Assembly: GCF_009914755.1 (NCBI RefSeq)
Contig: NC_060934.1
Direction: 5' to 3' (one strand)
DNA from: the human T2T-CHM13v2.0 reference genome, Homo sapiens
DNA length: 64,000 nucleotides
Part shown: piece by piece, positions 52,501 through 64,000 of the stretch
Numbering within the stretch: the stretch's first letter is position 1
Layout: every line of letters begins with the position of its first letter
The notes under the pieces: generated by a model
Databases searched by the model: none
The model's input: only the letters and a program-made list of their open reading frames with translations
What the model was told of the DNA's origin: nothing
Made by a program: the position numbers and the translations under genes

Positions 52501-53077
52501 TAGTGATTTAAGAAAAAAATTTAGACATCTATCAAACTCTTTTTTCCTTATATTTCCTCTATGTAACTGAACTCATTATATGTTCTTTTGCCTAATAATT
52601 ACACTTGGAGTCCAATTATAGAAATTTCTACGTATTAAAAAAACCATTTAGGGCCAGGCCCTGTGCTTCTCATTTCTACAACCTGGGGAGATGGCATGAG
52701 ATGCTGACCATCATCTAGCTCGAGATGGTACTGTGTTTGCTCCGTTATGATTACAGTTCCTTTAAGTCACTGTTGTTCAGGCTGGGAGGTGCATCCCATT
52801 CGTGAATTGTAAAATCAATTTAGTGGGTTGTAACCAACATTATAAAAAATAGGACAGAATAGAAAATATCAGAGTTCAATAATATAATGTTCAATATAAG
52901 ACTCCTATCTTCTAAAATAAAATACAGCCACTGAGAGATCTAATTATGGCACATAATTAGGACAAATACTAGTTTATGCAACTTTTATATCTGATATATA
53001 CATTTATATGTATGTGTATCTATACACACATACAGAATTATACATACATACACATTACATGCAGGTAGATACATATA

Positions 53078-53509
53078 CAGTTGACCCTTAAACAACATGG
53101 GTTTGAACTGCATGGATCCACTTATATGTGGATTTTTTTTCCAACTCTGCTGCCCCTGAGACAACAAGACCAACCCCCACTTCTTCCTTTTCCTTCTCAG
53201 CTTACTCAATGTAAAGATAATGAGGATGATGTCCTTTACGATGATCCACTTTCACTTAATGAATAGTAAATTTATATTTTCTTCCTCATGATTTCCTTAG
53301 TAACATTTTCTTTTCTCTATCTTACTTTATTGTAAGGCTGCAGTATGTAATACATATAACATACAAAACGTGTTAACCTACTCTTTATTAGTAAGGCTTC
53401 TGGTCAATAATAGACTATTAGTACTTTTGGGGGAGCCAAAAGTTTTATGTGAATTTTTGGCTGTGGAGGGTTGGTGCCCCTAACTCCCATGTTGTTTAAG
53501 GATCAACTG
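53078..53509 (+). mobile_element. Tigger2a/MER28-type Tc1/mariner element, complete
   Basis: 24-bp TIRs cagttgacccttaaacaacatggg and cccatgttgtttaaggatcaactg (23/24 complementary), TA on both sides (53076-53077, 53510-53511), 432 bp. Confidence 0.9.
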
Positions 53510-53731
53510 TATACATACATACACACATACAGATATATATTTATACAGATATATATGTGTATATGTACATACACACACATATATATCTGTATATGTTTAT
53601 GTGTATTATATATGCATGTGTATATGTATTTATTTTGTGTATTGGGCCTCAGTGTAAAATGTATTTCTTTGAACATCTGAAATTATTGGTTTTTTGGTTA
53701 AAAAAAAGCACCAGTCAAATATAGAAACTTT

Positions 53732-55492
53732 TTTTTTTTTTTTAGTATTTATTGATCATTCTTGGGTGTTTCTCGGAGAGGGGGATTTGGCAGGGTCATA
53801 GGACAATAGTGGAGGGAAGGTCAGCAGATAAACATGTGAACAAGGGTCTCTGGTTTTCCTAGGCAGAGGACCCTGCGGCCTTCCGCAGTGTTTGTGTCCC
53901 TGGGTACTTGAGATTAGGGAGTGGTGATGACTCTTAACCAGCATGCTGTCTTCAAGCATCTGTTTAACAAAGCACATCTTGCTCCGCCCTTAATCCATTT
54001 AACCCTGAGTGGACACACCACATGTTTCAGAGAGCACGGGGTTGGGGGTAAGATTATAGATTAACAGCATCCCAAGGCAGAAGAATTTTTCTTAGTACAG
54101 AACAAAATGGAGTCAGGATGTCTACTTCTTTCTACACAGACACTGTAACAATCTGATTTCTCTTTCTTTTCCCCACTTTTCCCCCTTTTTCTATTCGACA
54201 AAACCACCATCGTCATCATGGCCTGTTCTCAATGAGCTGTTGGGTACACCTCCCAGACGGGGTGGCGGCTGGGCAGAGGGGCTCCTCACTTCCCAGATGG
54301 GGTGGTCGGGCAGAGGCGCCCCCCACCTCCCGGACAGGGCGGCTGCCGGGCGGGGGCTGCCCACCTCCCTCCCCGCCGGGGCGGCTGGCCGGGCAGGGGC
54401 TGCCCCCCACCTCCCTCCCGGACGGGGCAGCTGCTGGGCGGAGGGGCTCCTCACTTCTCAGACGGGGCAGCAGGGCAGAGACGCTCCTCACCTCCCAGAC
54501 GGGGTGGCGGTCAGGCAGAGACACTCCTCAGTTCCCAGACGGGGTCGCGGCCGGGCAGAGGCGCTCCTCACATCCCAGACGGGGCGGGGGGTGGGGGGCA
54601 GAGGGGGTCCTCACATCCCAGATGGGGCGGCGGGGCAGAGGCGCTCCCCACATCTCAGAGGACGGGCGGCCAGGCAGAGACACTCCTCACTTCCCAGACG
54701 GGATGGCGGCCGGGCAGAGGCGCTCCTCACATCCCAGATGATGGGCAGCCGGGCAGAGATGCTCCTCACTTCCCAGACGGGATGGCGGCCGGCCAGAGGC
54801 TCTCCTCACATCCCAGACGGGGCGGGGGGGCAGAGGGGCTCCTCACATCCCAGACGATGGGCGGCCAGGCAGAGACGCTCCTCACTTCCCAGACAGGGTG
54901 GCAGCCGGGAAGAGGCGCTCCTCACTTCCCAGACTGGGCGGCCGGGAAGAGGGGCTCCTCACATCCCAGATGATGGGCGGCCAGGCAGAGACGCTCCTCA
55001 CTTCCCAGACGGGGTGGCGGCCGGGCAGAGGCTGCAATCTCTGCACTTTGGGAGGCCAAGGCAGGCGGCTGGGAGGTGGAGTTTGTAGCCAGCCGAGATC
55101 ACGCCACTGCACTCCAGCCTGGGCAACATTGAGCACTGAGTGAGCGAGACTCCGTCTGCAATCCCGGCACCTCCGGAGTCTGAGGCGGGCAGATCACTCG
55201 CGGTCAGGAGCTGGAGACCAGTCCGGCCAACACGGTGAAACCCCGTCTCCACCAAAAAATACAAAAACCAGTCAGGCGTGGCGGCGCGTGCCTGCAATCC
55301 CAGGCACTCGGCAGGCTGAGGCAGGAGAATCAGGCAGGGAGGTTGCAGTGAGCCGAGATGGCGGCAGCACAGTCCAGCCTCGGCTCGGCATCAGAGGGAG
55401 ACTGTGGAGAGAGAGGGAGAGGGAGAGGGAGACCGGGGAGAGGGAGAGGGAGACTGGGGAGAGGGAGGGGGAGTGGGAGAGGGAGGGAGAGG
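53732..55492 (-). mobile_element. Full-length SVA retrotransposon (SVA_B/C-like)
   Basis: On minus strand: degenerate (CCCTCT)n head ~55408-55492, Alu-like domain ~55030-55405, GC-rich VNTR ~54250-55030, SINE-R ~53744-54250, AATAAA (53748-53753), poly-A; perfect TSD aatatagaaacttt at 53718-53731 and 55493-55506; aacatgtgaacaaggg and gcaacattgagcactgagtgagcg are older-subfamily variants as I recall them. Confidence 0.97.
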
Positions 55493-55599
55493 AATATAGA
55501 AACTTTAACCTGCTTTTAACCTACTGAGTCTTACTGTGGGTCATGGACACAAATATTTGGGATAAATTTAAATAATTTCAGTTATCTTACATCAAAATA

Positions 55600-55750
55600 A
55601 CTTTATTTTCTTGGCTGAGTTTCAGTTTTGTCATCCGTAAAATGAGAATAATAATTGTATCTACCTCAAAGAAGGGTTGGGAGGATTCAAAGACTTAGCA
55701 TGGCCCTTGCCCATAGTAAGCACCAAATAAATGTTGGTGGCTATTGCTAT
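55600..55750 (+). mobile_element. MIR fragment
   Basis: ttcagttttgtcatccgtaaaatgagaataataattgtatctacctca..catagtaagcaccaaataaatgttgg. Confidence 0.8.
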
Positions 55751-55957
55751 GGTCCTCACCATCACTGTTATCCTCCACTTCCCACCCCCTAGACCCCTGC
55801 AGTGATCTTTATTTCTCATTTACTCTTAGGACATCCCCTTTCAGACCCATCAACATTATTAAATACACGGCTCCTCTCATTAATGGGTCACACGTACTGA
55901 TTTTCACTCACAGAGAGGTAGTACCTTAGTGGAGGCCTTCAAGATTGTGTGCTCAAA

Positions 55958-56735
55958 CCAGTAGTTCCTGAAGTGGGCTGTGCATCCAGAGGCAGGCAAG
56001 GCTTGGGCTGGCATGGACTTGCACAATGAGGAGGTTTTTCTCTTTTCAATTCTCTTTCAATCCTTTAGTTTAAATCTAGGGGAAAATGACGAGTTTGGTG
56101 CTGCACTTTAATATCTTCCTACTGTAAAATAAATAAATATATATATATATATAAACAAAGATTGGGACTGAGGCTCAGAGTAGCTGATAAGGAGTAGTTA
56201 TTTGGCCTTTAGTAATAATTTTTTGTTTTCGTGATACTTAGACATATGATTCTGTTTGGTCATTGGCAAATGAGATTGGCTTCTATTATGGGAGTGATAT
56301 AACGTGTCTCTTTTTTTTTTTTTTTTTTTTTTTGAGATGGAGTCTCACTCTGTCACCCAGGCTGGAGTGCAGTGGCTGATCTCAGCTCACTGCAAGCTCC
56401 GCCTCCCAGGCTCATGCCATTCTCCTGCCTCAGCCTCCTGAGTAGCTGGGACTACAGGCGCCCGCCACCAGGCCTAGCTAATTTTTTGTATTTGTAGTAG
56501 ATATGGGGTTTCACCATGTTAGCCAGGATGCTCTTGATCTCCTGACCTCTTGATCCACCCACCTCAGATCCCAAAGTGCTGGGATTACAGGTGTGAACCA
56601 CCACGCCCAGCCAATGTGCCTTTTAAACATCAATTTATTGAAGTTAAAATATTCAGTAATTAGTACACGTGGTATACTTTGGTATGGTGACATCATGAAG
56701 GTGTACACTAATGACACAGTTTTGGGTCATGGTGG
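55958..56735. mobile_element. Probable hAT-Charlie fossil interrupted by an Alu
   Basis: cagtagttcctgaagtggg start; aatagtacacgtggtatac-like and catgaaggtgtacac..agttttggg end. Confidence 0.35.
56311..56612 (-). mobile_element. AluY/Sc-like, full length
   Basis: gcaagctccgcc, atgccattctc, ttagccaggatg; long T tail; degenerate TSD aacgtgtc/aatgtgcc. Confidence 0.95.
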
Positions 56736-57284
56736 TTTGTTCCTAAATGAGACCCAGAGATGTTAAGCAACTGAGCTAGGGAGAGTTAGAAACAGCTAGG
56801 AGCAGAACCTGTGTCTTAGGTATGTTCTCAGTTTGTTAGGGTTGACACTCTAGGATCACATTAAATGAAGCTTGTGTTAAACCAATGAGCTTCTTCTCTT
56901 CTGGCCTACTTTTTGTTTAAGGGTTTGTTGCTACTGGGTTTGTCTTGGTTGAATTTACTCCTGCAATTCTGAGACCAATTCGAGTCTGAATTGCGTCATG
57001 CATAGCCCCTTTCAGCTACCATTGATCTGTGTCCACCTACTTTTATGATTCTTCTGGTTGTACAGTATTTTTCTTCCTCAGGTTTTGAGTTTTCTTTGCC
57101 TGTGGTTTGAGATTGTGTCTGATTCAGATAGGAGAAGAGGGCACCATGCTGTGTATTAATCGTAGTGGCAGATGAGTTGACTTTTTTTTCCTTTTCCTCC
57201 ATATGTAAAATGGGTGTTGTTGCAAGTTAGATAATCTGAAGGTACCCTGTTCATTTTTAAAGCCCTACAAAGCTGGAATCTCAC

Positions 57285-58110
57285 TTATCCATTCATTCTG
57301 CAGATATTTGTTGAACCCTTATATACCAGGCACTCACTGGACTAGTTGAAAGTGCTGAGAATAAGTAGTACCTAAGGGCAGTGGGGACCTTACCTTTGGG
57401 AATCTTATATTCTAATTAGAGGAGACAGGTGATAGATAAACAAATAAATTTAAAAGAGACAATTTCCTATGGTTCTAATAAAACAGAGTGATGGCATAGA
57501 AAGTGATTTGGAGGAAGAGGCCTAATTTTGATATGGTGGCCACGAAAGTCCTCTTCAAAAAGCAGGGAGCTGAATGGTGAGGAGGCAGCTGTGAGAAGCT
57601 CAGAAGTGTGTGTGGGTGGAGGGGACAGCATGTGCAAAGGCCCCAGGCAAGTGCAAGGAGGAGAAAGGGGGCTGGTGAGCTGGCTAGGAAGGTGGGGAAC
57701 GGAATGCTGACAGAGGCAAGGGAGGCCAGAGCCAGCCTGTGGAGAGGGTTGAGCCTAGAAAGGAGTTTGGCTTTGATTCTAAGGGTGATAGGAAACCAGT
57801 GAAGCCCAGATGAGTTTTAAGGAACTGGATAATAGAATCTGATTTGTGTTTTTCACAGCCACACTGGCTGCAGGTTAGAAATGAGGCAGGCAAGAATGGA
57901 AGTGGGGTAAGGGGGTCCAGTTAGCACAGTCATTGTGGTGGTCATGGGATAGATGCGGTGCTACGAACCAGGGAGCAGGCAGTAAAGATGGAAGGAAGTG
58001 AAGAGATTCAGGCTGTATTTTTAAGATAGCTTAGCATTTGCTGGTGCATTGACTGTGGGAATGAAGGAGAGGAATCAAAGATGTTTCCCAGAATGGTGAA
58101 TTACGGCTAT
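57285..58110 (-). mobile_element. L2 LINE 3' fragment (~800 bp)
   Basis: cattcattc..atatttgttgaacc..ccaggcact, acagcatgtgcaaaggcccc, ggagtttggctttgattctaag, gagaggaatcaaagatg. Confidence 0.85.
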
Positions 58111-59509
58111 GGGAAGGCAAGGTTCCTTTTGCCCTTGATGACATCCTTGTGCTGTCATTGTGCCTGGATTTTATTCTTCTGTATATGCACATTCCTGCTT
58201 CCAGCCAGCCCTGCCCAGGGAAGAAAAATCCTTCCATGCCTTTGGTTAGCCTGAAGGCTCTCCAGTTCTTCCTTTATCTGACCTGCATTCCTCATGCTGT
58301 GCTTAGGTCTAGGTTATACCCTGTGAAGAGGTGGTTTTATAGGGGTCTTGTGGGCAGGGCAGATGGTGCTATTAATTCATGCTTCTGTTATGGGAATTGA
58401 TGGCTTGTAGCCAGGATGCCATGTTGATATTTATGACTGGTTTCTATGAAGAGTTCATGTTCTCAAAAAACGTATTGTATTCTGTTTTCCAAGAAAAAGT
58501 TGAAGACAGGCTGAGCAGTGGATATTTTTTCTCTTTTCATTTTCCCAGCATATAATACAAGTTGCATTACAATAAATTCAGTCAGTTCAAATGTTTTTCA
58601 TCTGAAAAATTGAATACATTCTTTTTTTCGCCTAACTGCACGGGGTGAACTTTTATATTTTTATGGGCTTTGTTGTTTTTACTTGTCACAGTTGCTGGTA
58701 TTAGTTCACTAGTAAGTAATGACTTTTCTGTATTGAGAAAGACAGATGACTTATTAGATGTCAGAGGCCATCTGAAACATTTTCAACTCAGCATTTTTAA
58801 TAGCTGTTCTTTCTTTGATTTGTTTTTCCTTCTTTCTCCCCTTTTCCCCGTTTCCTTCATCCAGCTAGCAGGAATTTTTTCTCTCTCTCTCCCCTCTTTC
58901 TCTCTCGGTCACTGCCTGTCTGCGTATCTTCTGAATGTTCTTACTGCAGCCTCACATCCATCCACGGTCCGTAGGAGCCATAGATTGTTGCTGGATAACT
59001 TTTCCTGCAATTTTATTCTATGGATTTCCTATGGAAAACAGTCTTGTGTATCTATAGGTATGAATCTAATTTTTCAAGGATTAAATAAATAGTGGATGGT
59101 GTGCTGGCAAGCTTTTGTTTTTGACCTCATGGAAAAGTTTTTTGGTTTTTTTTTTTGTTTGTTTTGTTTTGTTTTTTTAAACTTTTGGCTGCTTTCTACT
59201 TTGGGGTTCTTAGGACACCATAAAAATAACTTCTTCTCCTTCCCTTCATCTACTGTCAACACAGACACAGTCTTTCACTTTGCTCTGTTCTTTGCACATC
59301 ACTTTATTGTGCTCATGGTCTCAGAAAAAAGTCTTAGTTAAATGAAACAGTGAAACACCATTAATGTAGGTATGGTCAGCTTATGTAGTACAAATGGGCT
59401 TCATTTGGGGCACTATCTTATTACCATGTCATTGTGCCTAGCACATAGCAGGTGTTCGGCAAAGATTTCTTAGATGAATGAATGTCTACCTAGATGATGA
59501 TTAGGAACT

Positions 59510-60105
59510 CCATTAGTTGGGGTTGGGGGCAAGTTTTTGAACAGTGAACAAGAAAGACATTACTCTAACGGCAACATGCATTCTAATGAGGAAAGAGACA
59601 AAGGTATAAACAAGACAAGTATCAGATGGTGATGAGTGCTATACCAAGAGTTAAGGTAAGGTGATCTGCTGTGCTATGACTTGGGAATCAGGGAAGTCTC
59701 TGAGAAGATAATGTTTAAGCTGAGATCTGAGTGACAAGAAGGAGCCAGTCAACAGAAGATCAAAGAGCAGCAAGATTCAGGCCAAGAAAGCAAGCAATGC
59801 AAAGGTCCTAGGCTGACGCAACCTTGGAGTGTACATGGTGCAACATCGCGGCAGCGGCATCAAAAGCTAGCCAGGCTGTGCAGTGGGGAGCAGGCAGCTG
59901 TGGTGTGCAATGGGGTCAGCGACGTGCCTGGGGCCAGACCAGCTGGGACCTTATGCTACAAATAAAATCCATATTCCTCCACTTGCTTTGCAGTGGGAAG
60001 CTTTGGAGGGTTTTAAGTGGGGCTATGGCTTACATTCTAAATGTACTGGTCTGGCTGGCATGTGGAGAATGGATTGTAGAGGAGCAAGAGTGGAAACTGT
60101 GGTGA
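59510..60105 (-). mobile_element. L2 LINE fragment
   Basis: tcagatggtgatgagtgctat, tttaagctgagatctgagtgacaagaaggagccag, tggagaatggattgtagaggagcaagagtggaa. Confidence 0.8.
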
Positions 60106-60209
60106 TATGTACTAGATGTTTCTTTGCTTCTCAGTGGAATATTTTTCTTTAAAGTTTACCAGAACTTTTTGGTTAGGGAGAGTGTAGCTTGTCTTTGTTT
60201 ACTGATTTT

Positions 60210-60693
60210 TGTGCTGGGGCAGAGACTTCTGTTTGCTTACCATATCCATTCTCTTCAACGTTTCATTGACAAAATCCTTGGTTTTTAGTTGGGATAGTGC
60301 CACCCTTGTAACTGTTTCCTTGCAACTAGGAGCTAGGTGTAGCCACGCAGCTAAGTCAAAGTATTGCGTAGGACTTCCAGAAAGTCTTCTTAAAAGAGAG
60401 CGGGTGTTCCTTTCTTTTTTGATTCCTCCCAGTCTGCTGCCTGGAACTGGTTGTGATGGCTGGAATGCCAGCATTCATATTGGGTCATGAGGACTAGGAC
60501 TACATGCTAGGAGTGGTGGAGCATAGAGTTAGAAGGACCCTGATGACCTCCTGGAGATCCCCAATATCAGCCTTGGCCTGCCTGCCTTTAGACTTCTTTT
60601 ATGTACCAGAGAAATAAACTGACTTGCTCCGACCATTGATATTTTAGTGTTTAGTTTTTGTTCTATGCAGCTGAACATAATCCTAACTGATAA
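60210..60693 (+). mobile_element. MLT1J-type LTR
   Basis: ccatatccattctc, ccttgcaactagg, ctgctgcctggaa..gtgatggctgga, gagaaataaact, tgcagctgaacataatcctaactgata. Confidence 0.78.
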
Positions 60694-60719
60694 AGGTGCT
60701 CTCTTTTTGAGAGCCTTAA

Positions 60720-60965
60720 TGAACAATAATAGTGATGAGGATAGAATTATTGGGTGCTTTCCATGTGTCCATTTCTCCCCTAAGCCCTTTGCCTACATGT
60801 TTTCTCTTAATCTGTACAAGTCATGTGGGCTGGTATCACATGTGGGGCTCCAAGGCACAGAAATGTTCAGTAATTTGCCCAAGGTGGCATAGCTAGTAAA
60901 CTGGAGGACCTGGATTCCAACTTTGGTTCAAATGATTCTAAAGACTCTTTTCTTCATCACTGTTG
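60720..60965 (-). mobile_element. MIR SINE
   Basis: aaggcacagaaatgttcagtaatttgcccaaggtggcatagctagtaaa. Confidence 0.75.
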
Positions 60966-61234
60966 AATTGCCACATTACTGATGATGACTCTGGAATCAC
61001 TTTCTCAATCATTTAGGGACTGAGGCCAGAGGGATGATTTAGGAGGCAGATTTGTGTCATGTATTAGTCTTGAACTATAGTGCATTGTGACTTGAACTAT
61101 ATTAATGGGGCTCCAAATTTTAACTATTGATGGTTTCAATAGGAATTTACATTTCTGTCTTCCTGGGGCCCAGAAATCACTAAATTCTCACCTGTGGTGA
61201 AGAGACAGCCACAATGGGGAATTGGTTTCAAAGA

Positions 61235-61590
61235 CAGAAAGCAGAAACCAAATTTCCAGGGCTTAGCACAATAGAAGTTTATTTCTCACGTAAAATCCCT
61301 CTCCTTTATCCTTCTGCTACCCTCCCAACCTCCCTTCCCCATTCCCAGGGGCCTCAGGTTCTCTGCTGGGTGCTTTTCTCTCAGTCAGCACTCAGGGGAA
61401 GAAGGAGGATTTAGGAAATTGTACGAGAGGTTTGATGGGCCAGGCTTGGAGATGGGATGCAGTGTGTCCCAAATGCCATTGGCTGGGACTCAGTCACAGG
61501 TCACACCTGCTGCAGGGAGGTTAGAACGTCTAGCTATATGTCCAGGAGTTGAAGAAGTGGGTTTTGGAAAGCATGCAGTGATCCCTGTCA
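61235..61590 (-). mobile_element. MLT1J/K-type LTR fragment
   Basis: ggcttagcacaatagaagtttatttctc, gggccaggcttggag, ccattggctgggactcagtcacagg. Confidence 0.55.
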
Positions 61591-61619
61591 CATGCGGTTG
61601 TTAGGGGTGGGGGCCCTGG

Positions 61620-62230
<611 letters not shown>

Positions 62231-64000
62231 TGAGGCAGGTGAACCGTAAGAGGGACCTTCTGAAGCCGGTGTCCTAATTGGAGGCAAAGGGTGTGAGGGG
62301 GGTGACGGGAGTGCCGCTTGGGGGCTTGCTGCCCCCACCTGGGTGTGCTCCCGCCCTCTCAGGAAGGGCCAGCTGGGCTCCCTCCTGTTGCCAAGTCTGT
62401 TTGAAAAGTCGGAAACTAAGTTCTCACGTCCAGTCTCCTGCCCACTGTGAGGAATGTCGCCCATGAAATTCCTTCCCTGTGGGATCCCTTCTCCATCAAG
62501 ATCTGGTCTGTTCTTGAAGACCCCACTCAGTGTCATCTTATCCCTCAGCCCCGGCTGGGACCCGTCAGCGTTGCTCAGTCCCCTCACTGTATTATCGTTC
62601 TAGTAGAGCATTTCTACAGTCCGTCTTGCGTGGCAGTGAGGCAAATGCTAGGCTGGGTCCGCCAAATGGAGGCTTCCTAAGGGCAGGAGCTATGTTGTTA
62701 CTCCACACCCCTCATGTGTTTGTGGAGTTTAATTATTACTTTTATTATCTACAGCCATGTAGAGTTTTGTGAGTGTAGTCTTTGTAGTAAATCAGTGCTA
62801 GATAAATTGGCATGGAGTGTGGAATAAAAACAAGTGGATTCTTTTTTATTTACACTGTTTAATATTCGTGTGGGGATTTTTGCCTTCTTTCAGCTCAGCG
62901 GTTGTAAAATTCTGTTTTAATTTCTGCCATTATCATAAACAGCATCCTCTGGTTATTATCTGGGTAGAGGATGCTGCATATGAGGACTCTATTGAATTAA
63001 GATTAAACAAATTGCCAGGGGTGGGACATAGAACCACTGTTGCTTTGCCAGTATTTTTTTTTTTTTTCGTCAAGAAGTTCACTTGGTGATTTAAATGGGT
63101 ACATTTACACCTATGGGTTTAGAGTCCTATATATCCACATCTATCTGTTCTTGGTAAACCATAGGAAAGCACTAACCTTTCTCTCTGAGTATTTGTGTGT
63201 ACACACATCTATAAAAATGAAATTACCTGCAAAATCACTGAAGATAAAGGTTAGCAAATTCCGTACATGGATACAATCAGTGGTGCTGCACTATGTAGTT
63301 AAACAGGAAATGGGGTTTAGTTATTAAGCTTGCGTAGATTGCTTGATATACTGAATATTTCTTGGAGTTCTATTATTTGTATTTTATTCTCAAATATTTT
63401 AAGAAGATAAGCTTCTAAATTCACTTTGGGGCTCCGTGTCATCAAATCTCATCACCAGTCACTTAGATCCCTAATTAACTTATACTCTATAGACCCATTT
63501 CTTTGCTTCTGTTTCTCTCTGCTCTCTCTAATGGTACTGTGAGTTACACTGTAAGGAACAATAAGATTTAAGAGAAGAATTAATTTAGAAAGTTAGGAAT
63601 AGAAGAGATAAGGGAAAATGAGAAAAAGCAGCTCAGTATTTTGTCTTGTAAATGGCTTTCTTCTTGTAGGCTAAGAAGCCCATTTATCCAAGGAGAGGAG
63701 GAGTGCTAATGAAATAGATCATGAACATAGCTATTACAGTAATGAATTTTAACACTCACTTTGTTATGTGATATTTTATTTATGAGCTCCTTGATCATTT
63801 AGATAAAGACAAGAAGTTTATGGCACTAGATTATGTCTTGTTTTCATAAACATATTCAGTAGTTTAATAAACATAATTTATTTTTTTCTCCTTAAAAATC
63901 AGCAAAATTTATGAGAGATTATCTTAGGGTTAATGAAGTCTAACATTAAGGAAATATTACCCTATAATATTGGAGCCTTCAGAGCTAGAGTTGTAATTGC

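Larger units (their letters stand above)
52768..55560. mobile_element. Fragmented hAT-Charlie-type MITE hosting later insertions
   Basis: Colinear pieces: aaatcaatttagtgggttgtaacc..gaatagaaaatatcagagt (52768-52878), gcacataattagg..aactttt (~52949-52990), tgtaaaatgtatttctt (~53632-53669), tcttactgtgggtc (55529-55560); subfamily uncertain. Confidence 0.55.

Noticed and set aside
54191-55527. Cluster of long overlapping ORFs (up to 282 aa)
   Set aside because: All lie in the GC-rich SVA VNTR or Alu-like domain, which is stop-poor; the translations are repetitive

Overview
This is hominid (human or great-ape) non-coding genomic DNA. I found no convincing protein-coding gene, tRNA, rRNA or CRISPR array. 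The window is a mosaic of ancient mammalian repeats (MIR, L2, CR1/L3, old L1M 3' ends, MLT1 solo LTRs, hAT and Tc1/mariner fossils), six Alus, and one full-length SVA_B/C-type element (53732-55492, minus strand, perfect 14-bp TSD). Between the repeats lie several long, repeat-free, AT-rich blocks dense in homeodomain, PBX-HOX, MEIS, FOX and SOX motifs, which look like developmental enhancers. Plus-strand poly-T runs and a minus-strand bias of Alu/L1/SVA suggest a large intron of a + strand gene, which I cannot name from sequence alone. Nearly all ORFs in the track are chance or repeat artefacts; the exception is 34472-34759, a recognisable fossil CR1/L3 reverse transcriptase. I do not see a new biological system. 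The most unusual directly visible signals are DNA repair and duplication scars: a double fold-back insertion inside an AluJ, a ~75-bp templated copy from 1.5 kb away, a ~250-bp dispersed duplication, and a multi-layer nest of insertions around the SVA. There are also a CpG/G4 promoter-like patch and two cryptic-exon candidates. Repeat subfamily names come from recalled consensus sequences, and boundaries of the old repeats are approximate.
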